Part shown: one piece after another, positions 34,942 through 45,615 of the stretch | Layout of the letters: each line of letters starts with the position of its first letter | Numbering within the stretch: position 1 is the first letter of the stretch | Origin: an uncultured Actinomycetes bacterium | GTDB lineage: Bacteria; Actinomycetota; Geothermincolia; Fen-727; JACVIW01 | Assembly (NCBI GenBank): GCA_937127245.1 | Contig: CAKZLU010000041.1 | Coordinates: 9,824-73,823 of the forward strand | Direction of reading: 5' to 3' | DNA: 64,000 nt | Position numbers and translations under genes: made by a program | Notes under the pieces: generated by a model | Told to the model about the DNA's origin: nothing | Seen by the model: only the letters and a program-made list of their open reading frames with translations | Databases searched by the model: none

Positions 34942-37629
34942 ATGGGCAAGAACTACGTTTTGATTGACGGGCATGGATTAGCCTACAGGGCATTCTTCGC
35001 TTTGCCGCAAACTCTTACGACAACGGAAGGACAACCAACGAACGCCGTCTACGGTTTTATGAACATGCTTTTCAAGGTTATGACTGAGGAAGAACCTGAC
35101 GCTGTGATCGTGGCGTTGGACGGACCGCGGGCGGAACTTAAAAGGACAGCCGAATTTCCCGAGTATAAAGCGCAAAGACCCCCGATGCCCGATGAGTTGA
35201 GAAGCCAAATTTCGCTGATTGTCGAACTGCTTGAAGCGCTGGGAATTCCCGTTGTCCAACTTGAGGGTTACGAAGCTGACGACATCATTGGAACGCTCTC
35301 GAAAAAGATATCTGACTCAGAGGGGCAGGCGGTCATCGTCACCGGTGACAGGGACGCTCTTCAGCTTGTGGGAGAGCGTGTCAAAGTCTTATTGACCGAG
35401 AAGGGGATTTCAGAGGTAAAAGCTTATGGGGTAGAAAAGGTCATTAAGAAATATGGTGTCCCCCCCGAAAAGATTCCGGATATCGTCGGTCTAAAGGGAG
35501 ACCCTTCAGACAATATTCCCGGAGTACCGGGAATTGGCGATAAGGGAGCGCAGGAACTCATAAGCAAATTCGGCTCGCTTGAAGACCTTTATGAAAATCT
35601 TGACAAGATTGGCGGAGCGAAGAGAAGGGAGTCGATCGAAAACAACAGGGAAATGGCTTTTCTTTCGAGGAAGCTCGCCGTGATCGACCGCTGTGTTCCA
35701 ATTGACGTGGATCTCGATTCTTTGAGGCTCGGACAATGGGATAAGGAGAGCGTCATCGATAAGATGGACTCCCTCGAGTTCAAGTCGTTAATAAAGCGGT
35801 TTTTGGAATTCACGAAAGAAGCTGACCATGAAGACAGGACAACCGCAAAAGAAACAGTCGAGTTTGAAATCTTGGACGGAACCGACCCGGAGTGCAGAAA
35901 GGAGTTCCAGAAGGCTTTAGAGAATGAGATTCATATTAGCGTCTCGGGCAAGACCGAAAATAAGGGATACTGTGATATTCAGATAGAATCTATCGCTTTT
36001 TTTTCCGGGGATAAAGCCATTGTCATACCATTTGATGAGGATGATGAACAATCTATTGGTTTCGTAAAAAAGGTCCTTTCCTCTCATAACGAGAAGGTTG
36101 TGCACGACGGCAAAGGTATCATCGAGGCTCTTTCAAAAAAGGGTATCGAATTCTCCAACCTCGGCTTTGATACCGCAATAGCAGCGTATCTCTTAAACCC
36201 ATCGCTTGGTACCTATCATCTATGGAACCTCTGGGAAAACAATGTTGGAAAGCGACTTGCTGTCAGGGGAAGACAATATCCCGAACCGGAGCAGGCGAGC
36301 CTGCTTGATGTCAATCAGGTGCAAGACGTAACCCGTACCGCTTCTGAAGCCGTAAACATTTACTATTTGAGAAAACCTTTATGCCAGAAACTTCAGCAAG
36401 ATGCAATGCTTGATCTGTTTAAGGACATAGAGATGCCGCTCATGCTCGTGCTTGCGGACATGGAGAAGAACGGCGTGGCTGTTGATGCTGACATTTTAAA
36501 GAGCCTATCGGCGGAAGCCCAGAGTAGTCTTGAAGCTCTTGAGAAAGAGATATTCGAACTCGTGGGACATGAGTTTAACGTTGGTTCTCCGAAGCAGCTC
36601 GGGGAAGTGCTCTTCGAGGAGTTGGGTTTACCGCCGGTAAAGAAAACGAAGACTGGCTACTCGACAGATTCGTCGGTGCTGGAAACCTTAAAACCGTACC
36701 ACCCCGTGGCGGAAAAGATAATTGAACACAGGGAAATTTCTAAACTTAAATCAACTTATTTTGACGTTCTTCCCCAGCTTATTTGCCCGGCTACCGGCAG
36801 GATACACTGTTCTTTTAATCAAACGGCAACGGCCACCGGAAGAATATCATCGAGCAACCCGAATCTACAGAATATCCCTGTCAGGACTGAACTTGGCAAG
36901 AAAATAAGAAGGGCTTTCATCCCCGGAGAGGAAGGATGGAAACTGCTTGTGGCTGACTACTCCCAGATCGAGCTTAGAGTTCTTGCCCATATGTCCGAAG
37001 ACTCTCTTTTGCTTGAAGCCTTCGCGAGGGACGCTGATATTCATACCGAAACGGCCGCGAGCCTGTTCGGTGTGTCGACTGATCAGGTCACTCCTGAACT
37101 GCGCAGGATGGCTAAAGTGGTGAACTTCGGCGTTGTTTACGGGATGGGGTTTTACGGGCTTTCCTCGCGAATGGGAATGAGCAGAGAGGACGCAATGGAA
37201 TATATCAACAGGTATTTCCAGAAATACGAGGGGGTCAAGCGTTATCGGGAGAGGTGTATCCAGGAAGCGGCGGAAAAAGGCTACACGGAGACGCTCCTGG
37301 GAAGAAGACGTTACGTCAAGGAGCTTTCCAGTTCCAACAAACAAACGAGGGAACTCGGGGAAAGGCTCGCCATTAACACGCCGCTTCAGGGGACCGCCGC
37401 AGATATCATCAAGAAGGCGATGGTGGATGTCTCCGCAGAATTGAAGATGAGAAAGTTAAAAAGCAGAATGATTCTCCAGATCCATGATGAATTGATATTC
37501 GAGGTTAGTCCCGACGAGGCTGAAGAGCTCAAGGATATGGTATCGTCTCTCATGTCTTCAGTGCTTGACCTTCGCGTCCCTCTGAAAGTTGATCTTGGAA
37601 TTTACGACAATTGGGGAGAGGCAAAATAG
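34942..37629 (+). CDS. polA: DNA polymerase I
   Basis: 5'-3' exonuclease (IDG..LAYRAFFA, EADD, GD.SDNIPGV.GIG.K); polymerase motifs TGR.SS..PNLQNIP, DYSQIELR, K.VNFG..YG, QIHDEL. Confidence 0.98.
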   Translation: MGKNYVLIDGHGLAYRAFFALPQTLTTTEGQPTNAVYGFMNMLFKVMTEEEPDAVIVALDGPRAELKRTAEFPEYKAQRPPMPDELRSQISLIVELLEALGIPVVQLEGYEADDIIGTLSKKISDSEGQAVIVTGDRDALQLVGERVKVLLTEKGISEVKAYGVEKVIKKYGVPPEKIPDIVGLKGDPSDNIPGVPGIGDKGAQELISKFGSLEDLYENLDKIGGAKRRESIENNREMAFLSRKLAVIDRCVPIDVDLDSLRLGQWDKESVIDKMDSLEFKSLIKRFLEFTKEADHEDRTTAKETVEFEILDGTDPECRKEFQKALENEIHISVSGKTENKGYCDIQIESIAFFSGDKAIVIPFDEDDEQSIGFVKKVLSSHNEKVVHDGKGIIEALSKKGIEFSNLGFDTAIAAYLLNPSLGTYHLWNLWENNVGKRLAVRGRQYPEPEQASLLDVNQVQDVTRTASEAVNIYYLRKPLCQKLQQDAMLDLFKDIEMPLMLVLADMEKNGVAVDADILKSLSAEAQSSLEALEKEIFELVGHEFNVGSPKQLGEVLFEELGLPPVKKTKTGYSTDSSVLETLKPYHPVAEKIIEHREISKLKSTYFDVLPQLICPATGRIHCSFNQTATATGRISSSNPNLQNIPVRTELGKKIRRAFIPGEEGWKLLVADYSQIELRVLAHMSEDSLLLEAFARDADIHTETAASLFGVSTDQVTPELRRMAKVVNFGVVYGMGFYGLSSRMGMSREDAMEYINRYFQKYEGVKRYRERCIQEAAEKGYTETLLGRRRYVKELSSSNKQTRELGERLAINTPLQGTAADIIKKAMVDVSAELKMRKLKSRMILQIHDELIFEVSPDEAEELKDMVSSLMSSVLDLRVPLKVDLGIYDNWGEAK

Positions 37630-37950
37630 CCATAGAGTTTTCCGGGCGATTTATCTTGCCTTTGTGAAATCGGAAAGACCAATTAACGCTTGGAAACAGT
37701 TATCCCGGCTTCAGCGCTGCTGGATCTCATCCTTATTGTAAGTATAATCCGCCGAATCTTCTACATTTGAGCAAGGCTTCTATTAGGAAAAACCAGCTGT
37801 CAGAATGCTGCATTCCAAAGAAAAAGACGCTTCGAGTTTGCCAGGCTGCCCGTTGTCATACGTCCCCACTTTTCTTAAGTGTATAACCGTTCTGGTATGC
37901 TATCACTTGTAGTTATTAAGCAGTTATGCTAAACATAACATCACAAAAAA

Positions 37951-39588
37951 ATGTTTGGGGGAAAGAATAAGATGCAGGATGAATCGAAGAGTACGGGAAA
38001 TCATCCGGGTACGACAGACGAAATTGGTTACAGCGAAGGCATGATGAAGTGCCTCGCAAGTCTCGGTTTGGATCCAGCCGAGGGAGTGGAAGTCCCCGAT
38101 TACGACGGGACGATAAAAGAATTCAATGAGGGAGATATCGTAGCCGGCACTGTGGTTAAGGTTGACAAGGAGGAGGTCCTTGTCGATATAGGCTACAAAT
38201 CGGAAGGAGTTATTCCAGCCAGGGAACTTTCAATAAGGTATGACGTAAAACCCTCCGATATAGTCTCTCCTGGAGATCAGCTTGAAGCGCTCGTTTTGCA
38301 AAAGGAAGACAAGGAAGGCAGGCTTATTCTGTCAAAGAAAAGGGCTCAGTACGAGCGAGCCTGGGGCAGTATCGAGAAAATCAAAGAGCAGGATGGGATT
38401 GTTGAAGGCGAAGTCATCGAGGTTGTAAAAGGTGGCCTGATACTTGATGTAGGTCTTAGGGGGTTCCTACCGGCTTCACTGATTGAGATGAGAAGGGTAA
38501 GAGACCTTAACCAGTATCTCGGAAAGAGACTCGAAGCCAAGATCATTGAGCTGGATAAGAACAGAAATAACGTGGTGCTTTCAAGGCGCTCTTACCTGGA
38601 AAACCAGAAGGCGAATGAAAGAAAAGAACTTTTGATGAGTCTTGAGAAGGGCTTCATAAGGAAGGGATGCGTTAGCAGCATCGTTAACTTTGGGGCATTT
38701 GTGGACTTGGGCGGCGTGGACGGGCTTGTGCATATATCCGAGATGTCCTGGACTCATATTGACCACCCGTCTGAAATTCTCAAAATAGGCGACGAAGTCG
38801 AAGTCATGGTTCTCGATGTCGATGTTGAGCGGGAAAGGGTTTCCCTGTCAATGAAGAAAGCGCAGGAGGACCCCTGGGAAAAACTCGCGAGAATGAATCC
38901 CCCGGGTTCTATTGTCACGGGTAAAGTCACAAAGATAGTGCCTTTCGGGGCGTTTGTGGAACTTGCCCCCGGGGTTGAGGGGCTTGTCCACATATCCGAG
39001 GTCTCCTGGTCGCGCGTGGAGGTGCCCGAGGAAGTTCTATCTATCGGTGATGAGATCGATGTTCGAATAATGGACATAGATCTCCAGCGCAGAAGGATCA
39101 GTTTGAGCAAAAAGCAGGTCACTGCGCCCGAGGAGCATCCCGCTGAGCTTCAGAAAGAGATGGCAACTGAACCTGAGCTGGTTGAGGCCGGCGAGATGCA
39201 AGATGAGAGTTTGGTCAACTCAGAAAGCGCCGCGGTTTTTGAGGCCGGCAATGAGCACAGGGAGATAATGTCTGCCGCAGCCGAGATCGCCGCTGAATAC
39301 AACCAAATTGAAGCCAAAGTCTCACGCTTGAGCAAGAACGAATCTTCTGACTATGTGGATGAGCAGACAAAAGCAGAGCCTCCGGAAATCGAAGAATCTC
39401 CAGCACCCCGTTCAGAAGAGGCAGATGAGGCGGCTTGCGAGAAAGAGGATTCCATCTTAAAAGAGCAGGGCGAAGGCAACGTCGAATCTGTAAGGGATGA
39501 TGTTATTCCTGAATCTAAGGAAGGTTCATCCGGGGAAGAATCGCTTGAGTCAATTCTTGCCGACATGAAGAACAGAGAGGACGCTTGA
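37951..39588 (+). CDS. rpsA: 30S ribosomal protein S1 (four S1 domains plus long acidic tail)
   Basis: VDIGYKSEG, RGFLPAS, FGAFVDLGGVDGLVHISEMSW, FGAFVEL..GVEGLVHISE; start uncertain. Confidence 0.95.
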   Translation: MFGGKNKMQDESKSTGNHPGTTDEIGYSEGMMKCLASLGLDPAEGVEVPDYDGTIKEFNEGDIVAGTVVKVDKEEVLVDIGYKSEGVIPARELSIRYDVKPSDIVSPGDQLEALVLQKEDKEGRLILSKKRAQYERAWGSIEKIKEQDGIVEGEVIEVVKGGLILDVGLRGFLPASLIEMRRVRDLNQYLGKRLEAKIIELDKNRNNVVLSRRSYLENQKANERKELLMSLEKGFIRKGCVSSIVNFGAFVDLGGVDGLVHISEMSWTHIDHPSEILKIGDEVEVMVLDVDVERERVSLSMKKAQEDPWEKLARMNPPGSIVTGKVTKIVPFGAFVELAPGVEGLVHISEVSWSRVEVPEEVLSIGDEIDVRIMDIDLQRRRISLSKKQVTAPEEHPAELQKEMATEPELVEAGEMQDESLVNSESAAVFEAGNEHREIMSAAAEIAAEYNQIEAKVSRLSKNESSDYVDEQTKAEPPEIEESPAPRSEEADEAACEKEDSILKEQGEGNVESVRDDVIPESKEGSSGEESLESILADMKNREDA

Positions 39589-40265
39589 GGAAGGCCGCTT
39601 TGGGTCTCTCATCTGTCTGGGGTCCTACCTGCGAAAGAATTCTTATTGTGGGACTTACCGGGGGAATCGCATCCGGTAAGTCTGAAGCTCTCCGCGAGTT
39701 TCGCCGGCTCGGAGCTTTCACAATCGACGCTGACGAAGTGGCGCGCGAGGTTGTTCTTCCGGGAAACGAGGCGTACGATCAGGTCGTGTCCGAGTTCGGC
39801 AATGGCGTGCTTGATGAATACGGTAATATAGACCGGAACAAACTTGCCGCTGTCGTCTTTGCGAATGAAGAGAAAAGACTCAAGCTGAACGCCATAACGC
39901 ATCCCGCCATATTCAAGGAAATAGCAAAGAGGTTAACTGATTTTTCATCTTCCCTGAAACCGAAAGACATTCCGGTCGCAATTGTGGATGCGGCTCTGAT
40001 AGTTGATGTGGGCGTTGCGAAACTCTTCGATCTCGTCGTGGTCGTCACTTCATCGGAGGAGGAGAGATTATCAAGGCTCGTGTCTAAAAGAGGGATGAGC
40101 AGGGAGGAAGCTCTCAAGAGGATAAAGAGCCAGGTGCCTGAGGAAAAAAGACTCAGCCTTGCGGATTTGGTAATTGACAACGACAAGGGTCTTGAAGAGT
40201 TGAAAAATGAAGTCAGAAGAGTCTGGTCGAAGATAGCGAAAAAAGCCCTGGAGCTGCGGGATTAA
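39585..40265 (+). CDS. coaE: Dephospho-CoA kinase
   Basis: GLTGGIASGKS, IDAD..AR, LN.ITHP, R..SQ, AD.VIDN. Confidence 0.95.
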   Translation: MRKAALGLSSVWGPTCERILIVGLTGGIASGKSEALREFRRLGAFTIDADEVAREVVLPGNEAYDQVVSEFGNGVLDEYGNIDRNKLAAVVFANEEKRLKLNAITHPAIFKEIAKRLTDFSSSLKPKDIPVAIVDAALIVDVGVAKLFDLVVVVTSSEEERLSRLVSKRGMSREEALKRIKSQVPEEKRLSLADLVIDNDKGLEELKNEVRRVWSKIAKKALELRD

Positions 40266-40540
40266 GTGCTCGTTTCTGTCTCCTCGATTGTTGAGAGAAA
40301 CGGAAACATAAGGGTCAACCTGTAGGTGATTTCTGAATCTATTTCCTCCATGTACTTCTCATATACGGGACACCCCAGCTGCAGGCAAAGAAGCAGGCTC
40401 CTTGAGCCCCTTGGGTTTGAAATCTCCCAGCAGTGTTTCTTCTCCTGATAAGCCCTGCAGTTATGGTATTGTCCGGCTGAACATCTTTTTATTTCCCAGC
40501 AGTTTGACTTATCGCTCATCTCGGCACCTTTTTCGTTCAT
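40262..40540 (-). CDS. Small Cys-rich 'two-CW' domain protein
   Basis: NCWE..RC-x7-C-x8-CW-x13-C-x4-CPVY; own promoter; likely start ATG 40519 after AAGGTG. Confidence 0.75.
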   Translation of the reverse strand: MNEKGAEMSDKSNCWEIKRCSAGQYHNCRAYQEKKHCWEISNPRGSRSLLLCLQLGCPVYEKYMEEIDSEITYRLTLMFPFLSTIEETETST

Positions 40541-40551
40541 GATTCTCTATG

Positions 40552-40580
40552 AATCTAACATGAATCCCGTTGGCTATCAA
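40552..40580 (-). promoter_or_regulatory. Promoter of the two-CW gene
   Basis: Minus strand TTGATA-17 nt-TAGATT with TG extension. Confidence 0.55.
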
Positions 40581-40610
40581 ATGCCTTGTGAAAACGACCC
40601 GCTTTGGTTG

Positions 40611-40639
40611 TTGAATAGGTTCATCTCTCGGTCTAAAAT
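40611..40639 (+). promoter_or_regulatory. Promoter of the uvrB operon
   Basis: TTGAAT-17 nt-TAAAAT. Confidence 0.55.
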
Positions 40640-40704
40640 CGAAAGAAAGGAATCCCCTGTGCTTTGGGTTACTCTTTTTTGGAGAACCCTGGGAGGGCTT
40701 TGAT

Positions 40705-42690
40705 TTGCCCAAGTTCAGATTAAAAACCGCGTTCAAACCCGAAGGTGATCAGCCTCGAGCAATAGATGGTCTTGTCGGGGGCTTGAGAGACGGGGAAAGG
40801 TTTCAGGTGCTGCTGGGCGTCACCGGCAGTGGGAAGACTTTTACGATGGCAAAAGTGATCGAAGCCGTTCAGCGTCCCGCGCTAGTCCTTGCCCCTAACA
40901 AGACTCTCGCGGCTCAACTCTATTCGGAGTTCAGGGAGTTCTTCCCCGAAAATGCCGTCGAATACTTCGTCAGTTACTACGACTATTATCAGCCGGAAGC
41001 CTATATTCCTTCGACCGACACCTACATAGAAAAGGATTCCTCGATCAATGATGAAATAGACAGACTTAGACACGCGGCTACCAGCGCTCTCCTTTCCAGG
41101 GAGGACGTGATAATCGTGGCGAGCGTTTCCTGCATATATGGGCTCGGCTCGCCCGATGAGTATTTCAACAGGATGCTGCATCTCGAAACGGGATGCTCCT
41201 ATGAAAGAGAGCAGATATTGGAGAAACTCGTTGACATAAGGTATGAAAGAAATGATGTGGCTCCCGAGAGAGGGAATTTCCGCGTTCGGGGTGACGTGAT
41301 TGACATTTTTCCTGCTTACTGGGACAAAGACATGATAAGGATTGAAATGTTTGATGAGACTGTCGAGTCTGTCAAGGAAATAGACCCGCTGACCGGGGAA
41401 ATCAAATCCAGATTGGACAGGGTTGTCATATGGCCTGCAACTCACTTCCTCACCCCCACTGACAGGCTCTTTCAAGCGATTGAATCGATAGAGATGGAAC
41501 TTGCAGAGCGGCTTAAGGAACTTGAGTCGCTTGGAAAAATACTTGAGGCGCAGAGGCTTAAGATGAGGACGATGTACGACATTCAGATGTTAAAGGAGAC
41601 CGGTTACTGCCACGGGATTGAAAACTACAGCAGGCACTTATCCGGCAAGAAACCGGGCGAACCTCCTTATACGCTTATCGATTTTTTTCCTCCGGGTTTC
41701 CTCACCTTTATTGACGAATCTCATATAACAGTTCCTCAGCTTGCGGGTATGCTCCACGGTGACAGGTCGAGAAAAGAAACGCTGGTTGAATACGGATTCA
41801 GGCTTCCCTCAGCGCTTGACAACAGACCGTTGTCTCAGGAGGAGTTTTTCGAAAAGGTTGGACAGGTTATCTTCGTGAGCGCCACGCCCTCTGACTGGGA
41901 GATAGAAAGAAGCTCGAGGATAGTCGAGCAGGTGATAAGACCTACAGGTTTGGTTGACCCGGAAGTCGAGGTTAGACCGGCTAACGGTCAGGTTGACGAC
42001 CTCATATCAGAGATCAAGAAGAGAACAGAAAGAAATGAACGCGTGCTCGTCACAACGCTCACGAAGAAAATGGCAGAGAGTCTCGCGGAGTACTTAAGCG
42101 AGATGGGAATGAAGGTGAGATACCTCCATTCTGAGATTGGAACGGTTGAAAGAGTGGAGATACTAAGGGACCTTAGAGCCGGAGTTTTTGATGTTATCGT
42201 CGGAATTAACCTTCTAAGAGAAGGTCTTGACCTTCCAGAGGTTTCACTGGTTGCGATTCTGGATGCCGACAAGCAGGGTTTTCTCAGAAGCGAGAAGAGT
42301 CTGATACAGACAATGGGCAGAGCGAGCAGAAACGTTAACGGCAGGGTAATCTTGTACGCGGAAGAATGTTCGGAGGCTATGAGAAAAGCCATTGATGAGA
42401 CGAAAAGAAGAAGGAATCTGCAGCTCGAATACAACAGGATGCACGGCATCAACCCGCAAACAATACAGAAAGAGGTCAGGGATATACTTGACGTGGCTAT
42501 TTCGGGGCAGAGGGATATCGCCTCCGATATCGTCATGCGGGCGAGAAAGCTACCGGTTGACAAGGTCCAGAGGCTTATCATGAATCTCCAGGAAGAGATG
42601 CGCATACTTGCAGAGGAATTGCGCTTCGAAGAAGCCGCCAAGGTGAGGGACCAGATCAAAAAAATCACGGAGGAGTTGCTTGTTAGTTGA
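40705..42690 (+). CDS. uvrB: Excinuclease ABC subunit B
   Basis: [41 protein letters not shown]-terminal UVR domain. Confidence 0.98.
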   Translation: MPKFRLKTAFKPEGDQPRAIDGLVGGLRDGERFQVLLGVTGSGKTFTMAKVIEAVQRPALVLAPNKTLAAQLYSEFREFFPENAVEYFVSYYDYYQPEAYIPSTDTYIEKDSSINDEIDRLRHAATSALLSREDVIIVASVSCIYGLGSPDEYFNRMLHLETGCSYEREQILEKLVDIRYERNDVAPERGNFRVRGDVIDIFPAYWDKDMIRIEMFDETVESVKEIDPLTGEIKSRLDRVVIWPATHFLTPTDRLFQAIESIEMELAERLKELESLGKILEAQRLKMRTMYDIQMLKETGYCHGIENYSRHLSGKKPGEPPYTLIDFFPPGFLTFIDESHITVPQLAGMLHGDRSRKETLVEYGFRLPSALDNRPLSQEEFFEKVGQVIFVSATPSDWEIERSSRIVEQVIRPTGLVDPEVEVRPANGQVDDLISEIKKRTERNERVLVTTLTKKMAESLAEYLSEMGMKVRYLHSEIGTVERVEILRDLRAGVFDVIVGINLLREGLDLPEVSLVAILDADKQGFLRSEKSLIQTMGRASRNVNGRVILYAEECSEAMRKAIDETKRRRNLQLEYNRMHGINPQTIQKEVRDILDVAISGQRDIASDIVMRARKLPVDKVQRLIMNLQEEMRILAEELRFEEAAKVRDQIKKITEELLVS

Positions 42691-45569
42691 GCCAGGGATT
42701 CATAAGAATAAGGGGAGCAAGGGAGCATAACCTAAAAGACATAAATCTCGATATCCCTCGCGACAAACTGGTCGTGATGACCGGGATAAGCGGGTCCGGG
42801 AAATCATCCCTCGCCTTTGACACAATATACGCCGAGGGGCAAAGGCGTTACGTCGAATCATTATCCGCGTACGCAAGGCAGTTTCTGGGACAACTCGATA
42901 AACCCGACGTTGACCTGATTGAGGGTTTATCCCCGGCAATTTCCATTGATCAAAAGAGCGGGACTACCAACCCGAGGTCAACGGTGGGAACGGTGACCGA
43001 GATTTATGACTACCTGCGCGTTTTGTACGCCCGTATCGGCGATGCCCACTGCTATATTTGCGGCAAAACTCTTTCCAGACAATCCGCGGGACAGATAACG
43101 GACAGGATTCTTTCATATCCAACCGGAAGCAAGTTGGTGATTCTTGCTCCGCTTGTGAGGGGGAGAAAAGGTGAGCATGCCCACGTGTTCGACTCGCTCA
43201 GAGAGAAAGGGTATGTAAGGGTAATGGTAGACGGAGAAATGAGGGACCTCTCAGAGGAAATAAAACTCGACAAGAAAAAATCCCACGAGATACTTTCCGT
43301 AGTGGACAGGCTCGTGATCAAAGAGGGAGTGAGAACGAGGGTCGCGGAGTCTGTGGAAGCAGCGCTCCAGCTCGGTGAAGGTCTGGTTTTGGTTCAGGAT
43401 GAGAACGGAAGAAGAGAAAATTTCAGCCAGGAATTAGCATGTATTGAATGCGGGGTGAACTTCCCTGAGATTTCCCCGAGGCTCTTTTCGTTCAATAGCC
43501 CTTACGGGGCGTGTAAAGCATGCGGCGGGCTTGGTCACCGGCAGGAAATCGACCCCGATCTGGTAATCCCTGATCGGGAAAGAAGCATCCTGGAAGGGGC
43601 GATAGCCCCGTGGGAAGCGACGAATCTTCCTTACTTTTATGAAATTGTCGAGGGGCTTGCCAGAAAATACGGTTTTAGCCTGGATGAGCCTTTCTCAAAA
43701 ATCGACGAGGAAGCGCAGAGGGCGATTCTCTACGGTTGCGGAAGAACTGAAGTGCCAGTAGTAAGGCGGGGCCTGGACGGTCGAAGAAAAGCGTATTCCG
43801 TTCTGTGGGAAGGGGTCATCCCGATGCTTGAGCGCAGATACCACGAGACCGATTCAGACTACGCCCGATGGAGGATTTCAACCTACATGAGCGTAAGACC
43901 ATGCCCCTCATGCAACGGGGCAAGGTTGCGGCCGGAAAGTCTCGCCGTGAAGGTGGGCGGCATTTCCATCGCGGAGTTTTGCGATATGACGGTCGAAAAG
44001 GGCCTCGAGTTTATATGGTCTCTCGATCTGGATGAAAAAAAGAAGACGATAGCATCACGGTTGCTCAAGGAAATAGAGTCGAGGATGCAGTTTATGGTTG
44101 ATGTTGGACTCGAATACCTGACTCTTTCGCGTGCTGCCTCTACTCTTGCGGGCGGGGAGTCACAGCGCATCAGGCTTGCCACTCAGATAGGCTCAGGGCT
44201 GGTCGGCGTTTTATACATACTTGACGAGCCGAGCGTTGGACTTCACAAAAGAGATAACAGCAGACTGCTTTCCACCCTGAAGAGACTCAGGGACCTGGGA
44301 AATACCGTGATCGTTGTGGAACATGATGAGGACACTATAAGGGCGGCGGACCACATAGTGGATATCGGTCCGGGGGCGGGGATTCACGGCGGCAGGATTG
44401 TCGCTCAGGGTACGATATCTGACATTATCAGTTCTAAGGATTCGATAACGGGAAAATATTTGAGCGGTGAATTGAAAATTGATGTTCCATCAAAGAGAAG
44501 AAGACCTAACGGAAAAAGCATTATTGTTCGCGAAGCAATTGAGCACAACCTGAAAGGAATAGATGTAGAATTTCCGCTCGGTCTGTTCATCTGTGTTACA
44601 GGTGTGAGCGGTTCTGGGAAGAGCACCCTTATAAGCGACATTCTCTACAGGGGTCTAAAAAGAAAACTCACTTCATCCAGAACACCGCCCGGCAGGCATC
44701 GTTGTATTGAGGGAACGGAGTTGATTGATAAGGTGGTCAACATCGACCAGTCGCCCATCGGCAGAACGCCGAGGTCGAATGCGGCGACTTACACTAAAGT
44801 CTTCGATCACATCAGGGCTCTTTTCGCAAGCACGCCCCAGGCAAAGGTGAGGGGGTATCGCCCCGGGAGGTTCAGCTTTAACGTGCCCGGGGGGAGGTGC
44901 GAGGCTTGTCATGGTGAGGGGATGGTAAGAATAGAGATGCATTTCCTCCCCGATGTCTATATCACTTGCGAGCACTGCAAGGGCAAGAGATTCAACAGGG
45001 AAACACTTGAGGTTCGTTACAGGGGAAAGAATATCCATGACGTTCTCGAGATGACCGTCGAGGAAGCCATGGAGCATTTTGAGAACATTCCACCGATAAT
45101 AAGGCAGCTTGAGATATTAAGCGATGTGGGGCTCGGATATCTGAGACTCGGTCAGCCTGCCACGACGCTATCTGGCGGTGAGGCGCAAAGGGTCAAGCTT
45201 GCGCGTGAACTTTCCAAAAGACCTACCGGAAAAACGGTGTACCTTTTAGATGAGCCCACGACAGGGCTCCATTTCGATGACATAAAAAAGCTGCTTGATG
45301 TTTTAGACAGGCTCGTCGAATGGGGCAACATGGTGATAGTCGTCGAACATAACATGGACGTGATAAAGTTTGCCGACTACATCATCGATCTTGGTCCCGA
45401 AGGGGGAAACAAGGGTGGAGAAATAGTAGCGTGCGGCGCGCCCGAGGAAATAGCAAGATGCGAGCGCTCATACACCGGAAAATATCTTGCGAAAGTGTTA
45501 AGGAAAGACCAAGAACGCCTGGCGACTCGCGCAGGTGCCGCTCAGGGCGCTGTGGTTAAGACTTCGTGA
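42687..45569 (+). CDS. uvrA: Excinuclease ABC subunit A
   Basis: Two ABC ATPase domains (SGSGKSS, SGSGKST), zinc fingers, LSGGEAQR. Confidence 0.98.
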   Translation: MSQGFIRIRGAREHNLKDINLDIPRDKLVVMTGISGSGKSSLAFDTIYAEGQRRYVESLSAYARQFLGQLDKPDVDLIEGLSPAISIDQKSGTTNPRSTVGTVTEIYDYLRVLYARIGDAHCYICGKTLSRQSAGQITDRILSYPTGSKLVILAPLVRGRKGEHAHVFDSLREKGYVRVMVDGEMRDLSEEIKLDKKKSHEILSVVDRLVIKEGVRTRVAESVEAALQLGEGLVLVQDENGRRENFSQELACIECGVNFPEISPRLFSFNSPYGACKACGGLGHRQEIDPDLVIPDRERSILEGAIAPWEATNLPYFYEIVEGLARKYGFSLDEPFSKIDEEAQRAILYGCGRTEVPVVRRGLDGRRKAYSVLWEGVIPMLERRYHETDSDYARWRISTYMSVRPCPSCNGARLRPESLAVKVGGISIAEFCDMTVEKGLEFIWSLDLDEKKKTIASRLLKEIESRMQFMVDVGLEYLTLSRAASTLAGGESQRIRLATQIGSGLVGVLYILDEPSVGLHKRDNSRLLSTLKRLRDLGNTVIVVEHDEDTIRAADHIVDIGPGAGIHGGRIVAQGTISDIISSKDSITGKYLSGELKIDVPSKRRRPNGKSIIVREAIEHNLKGIDVEFPLGLFICVTGVSGSGKSTLISDILYRGLKRKLTSSRTPPGRHRCIEGTELIDKVVNIDQSPIGRTPRSNAATYTKVFDHIRALFASTPQAKVRGYRPGRFSFNVPGGRCEACHGEGMVRIEMHFLPDVYITCEHCKGKRFNRETLEVRYRGKNIHDVLEMTVEEAMEHFENIPPIIRQLEILSDVGLGYLRLGQPATTLSGGEAQRVKLARELSKRPTGKTVYLLDEPTTGLHFDDIKKLLDVLDRLVEWGNMVIVVEHNMDVIKFADYIIDLGPEGGNKGGEIVACGAPEEIARCERSYTGKYLAKVLRKDQERLATRAGAAQGAVVKTS

Positions 45570-45615
45570 ATCAGGGAATGATGGGTGATTTTCTAACAGA
45601 TGCGGGTGCAATCAT

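Noticed and set aside
35900-36400. PolA 3'-5' exonuclease domain lacking catalytic acidic motifs
   Set aside because: Normal for Pol I of Actinomycetota and Bacillota
37923-37939. Inverted repeat GTTATG-N5-CATAAC in the rpsA leader
   Set aside because: 6-bp AT-rich arms could be chance; no second copy seen, so it cannot be assigned
40612-40623. TGAATAGGTTCA as a LexA box in the uvrB promoter
   Set aside because: Half-site and spacing do not fit CGAAC-N4-GTTCG
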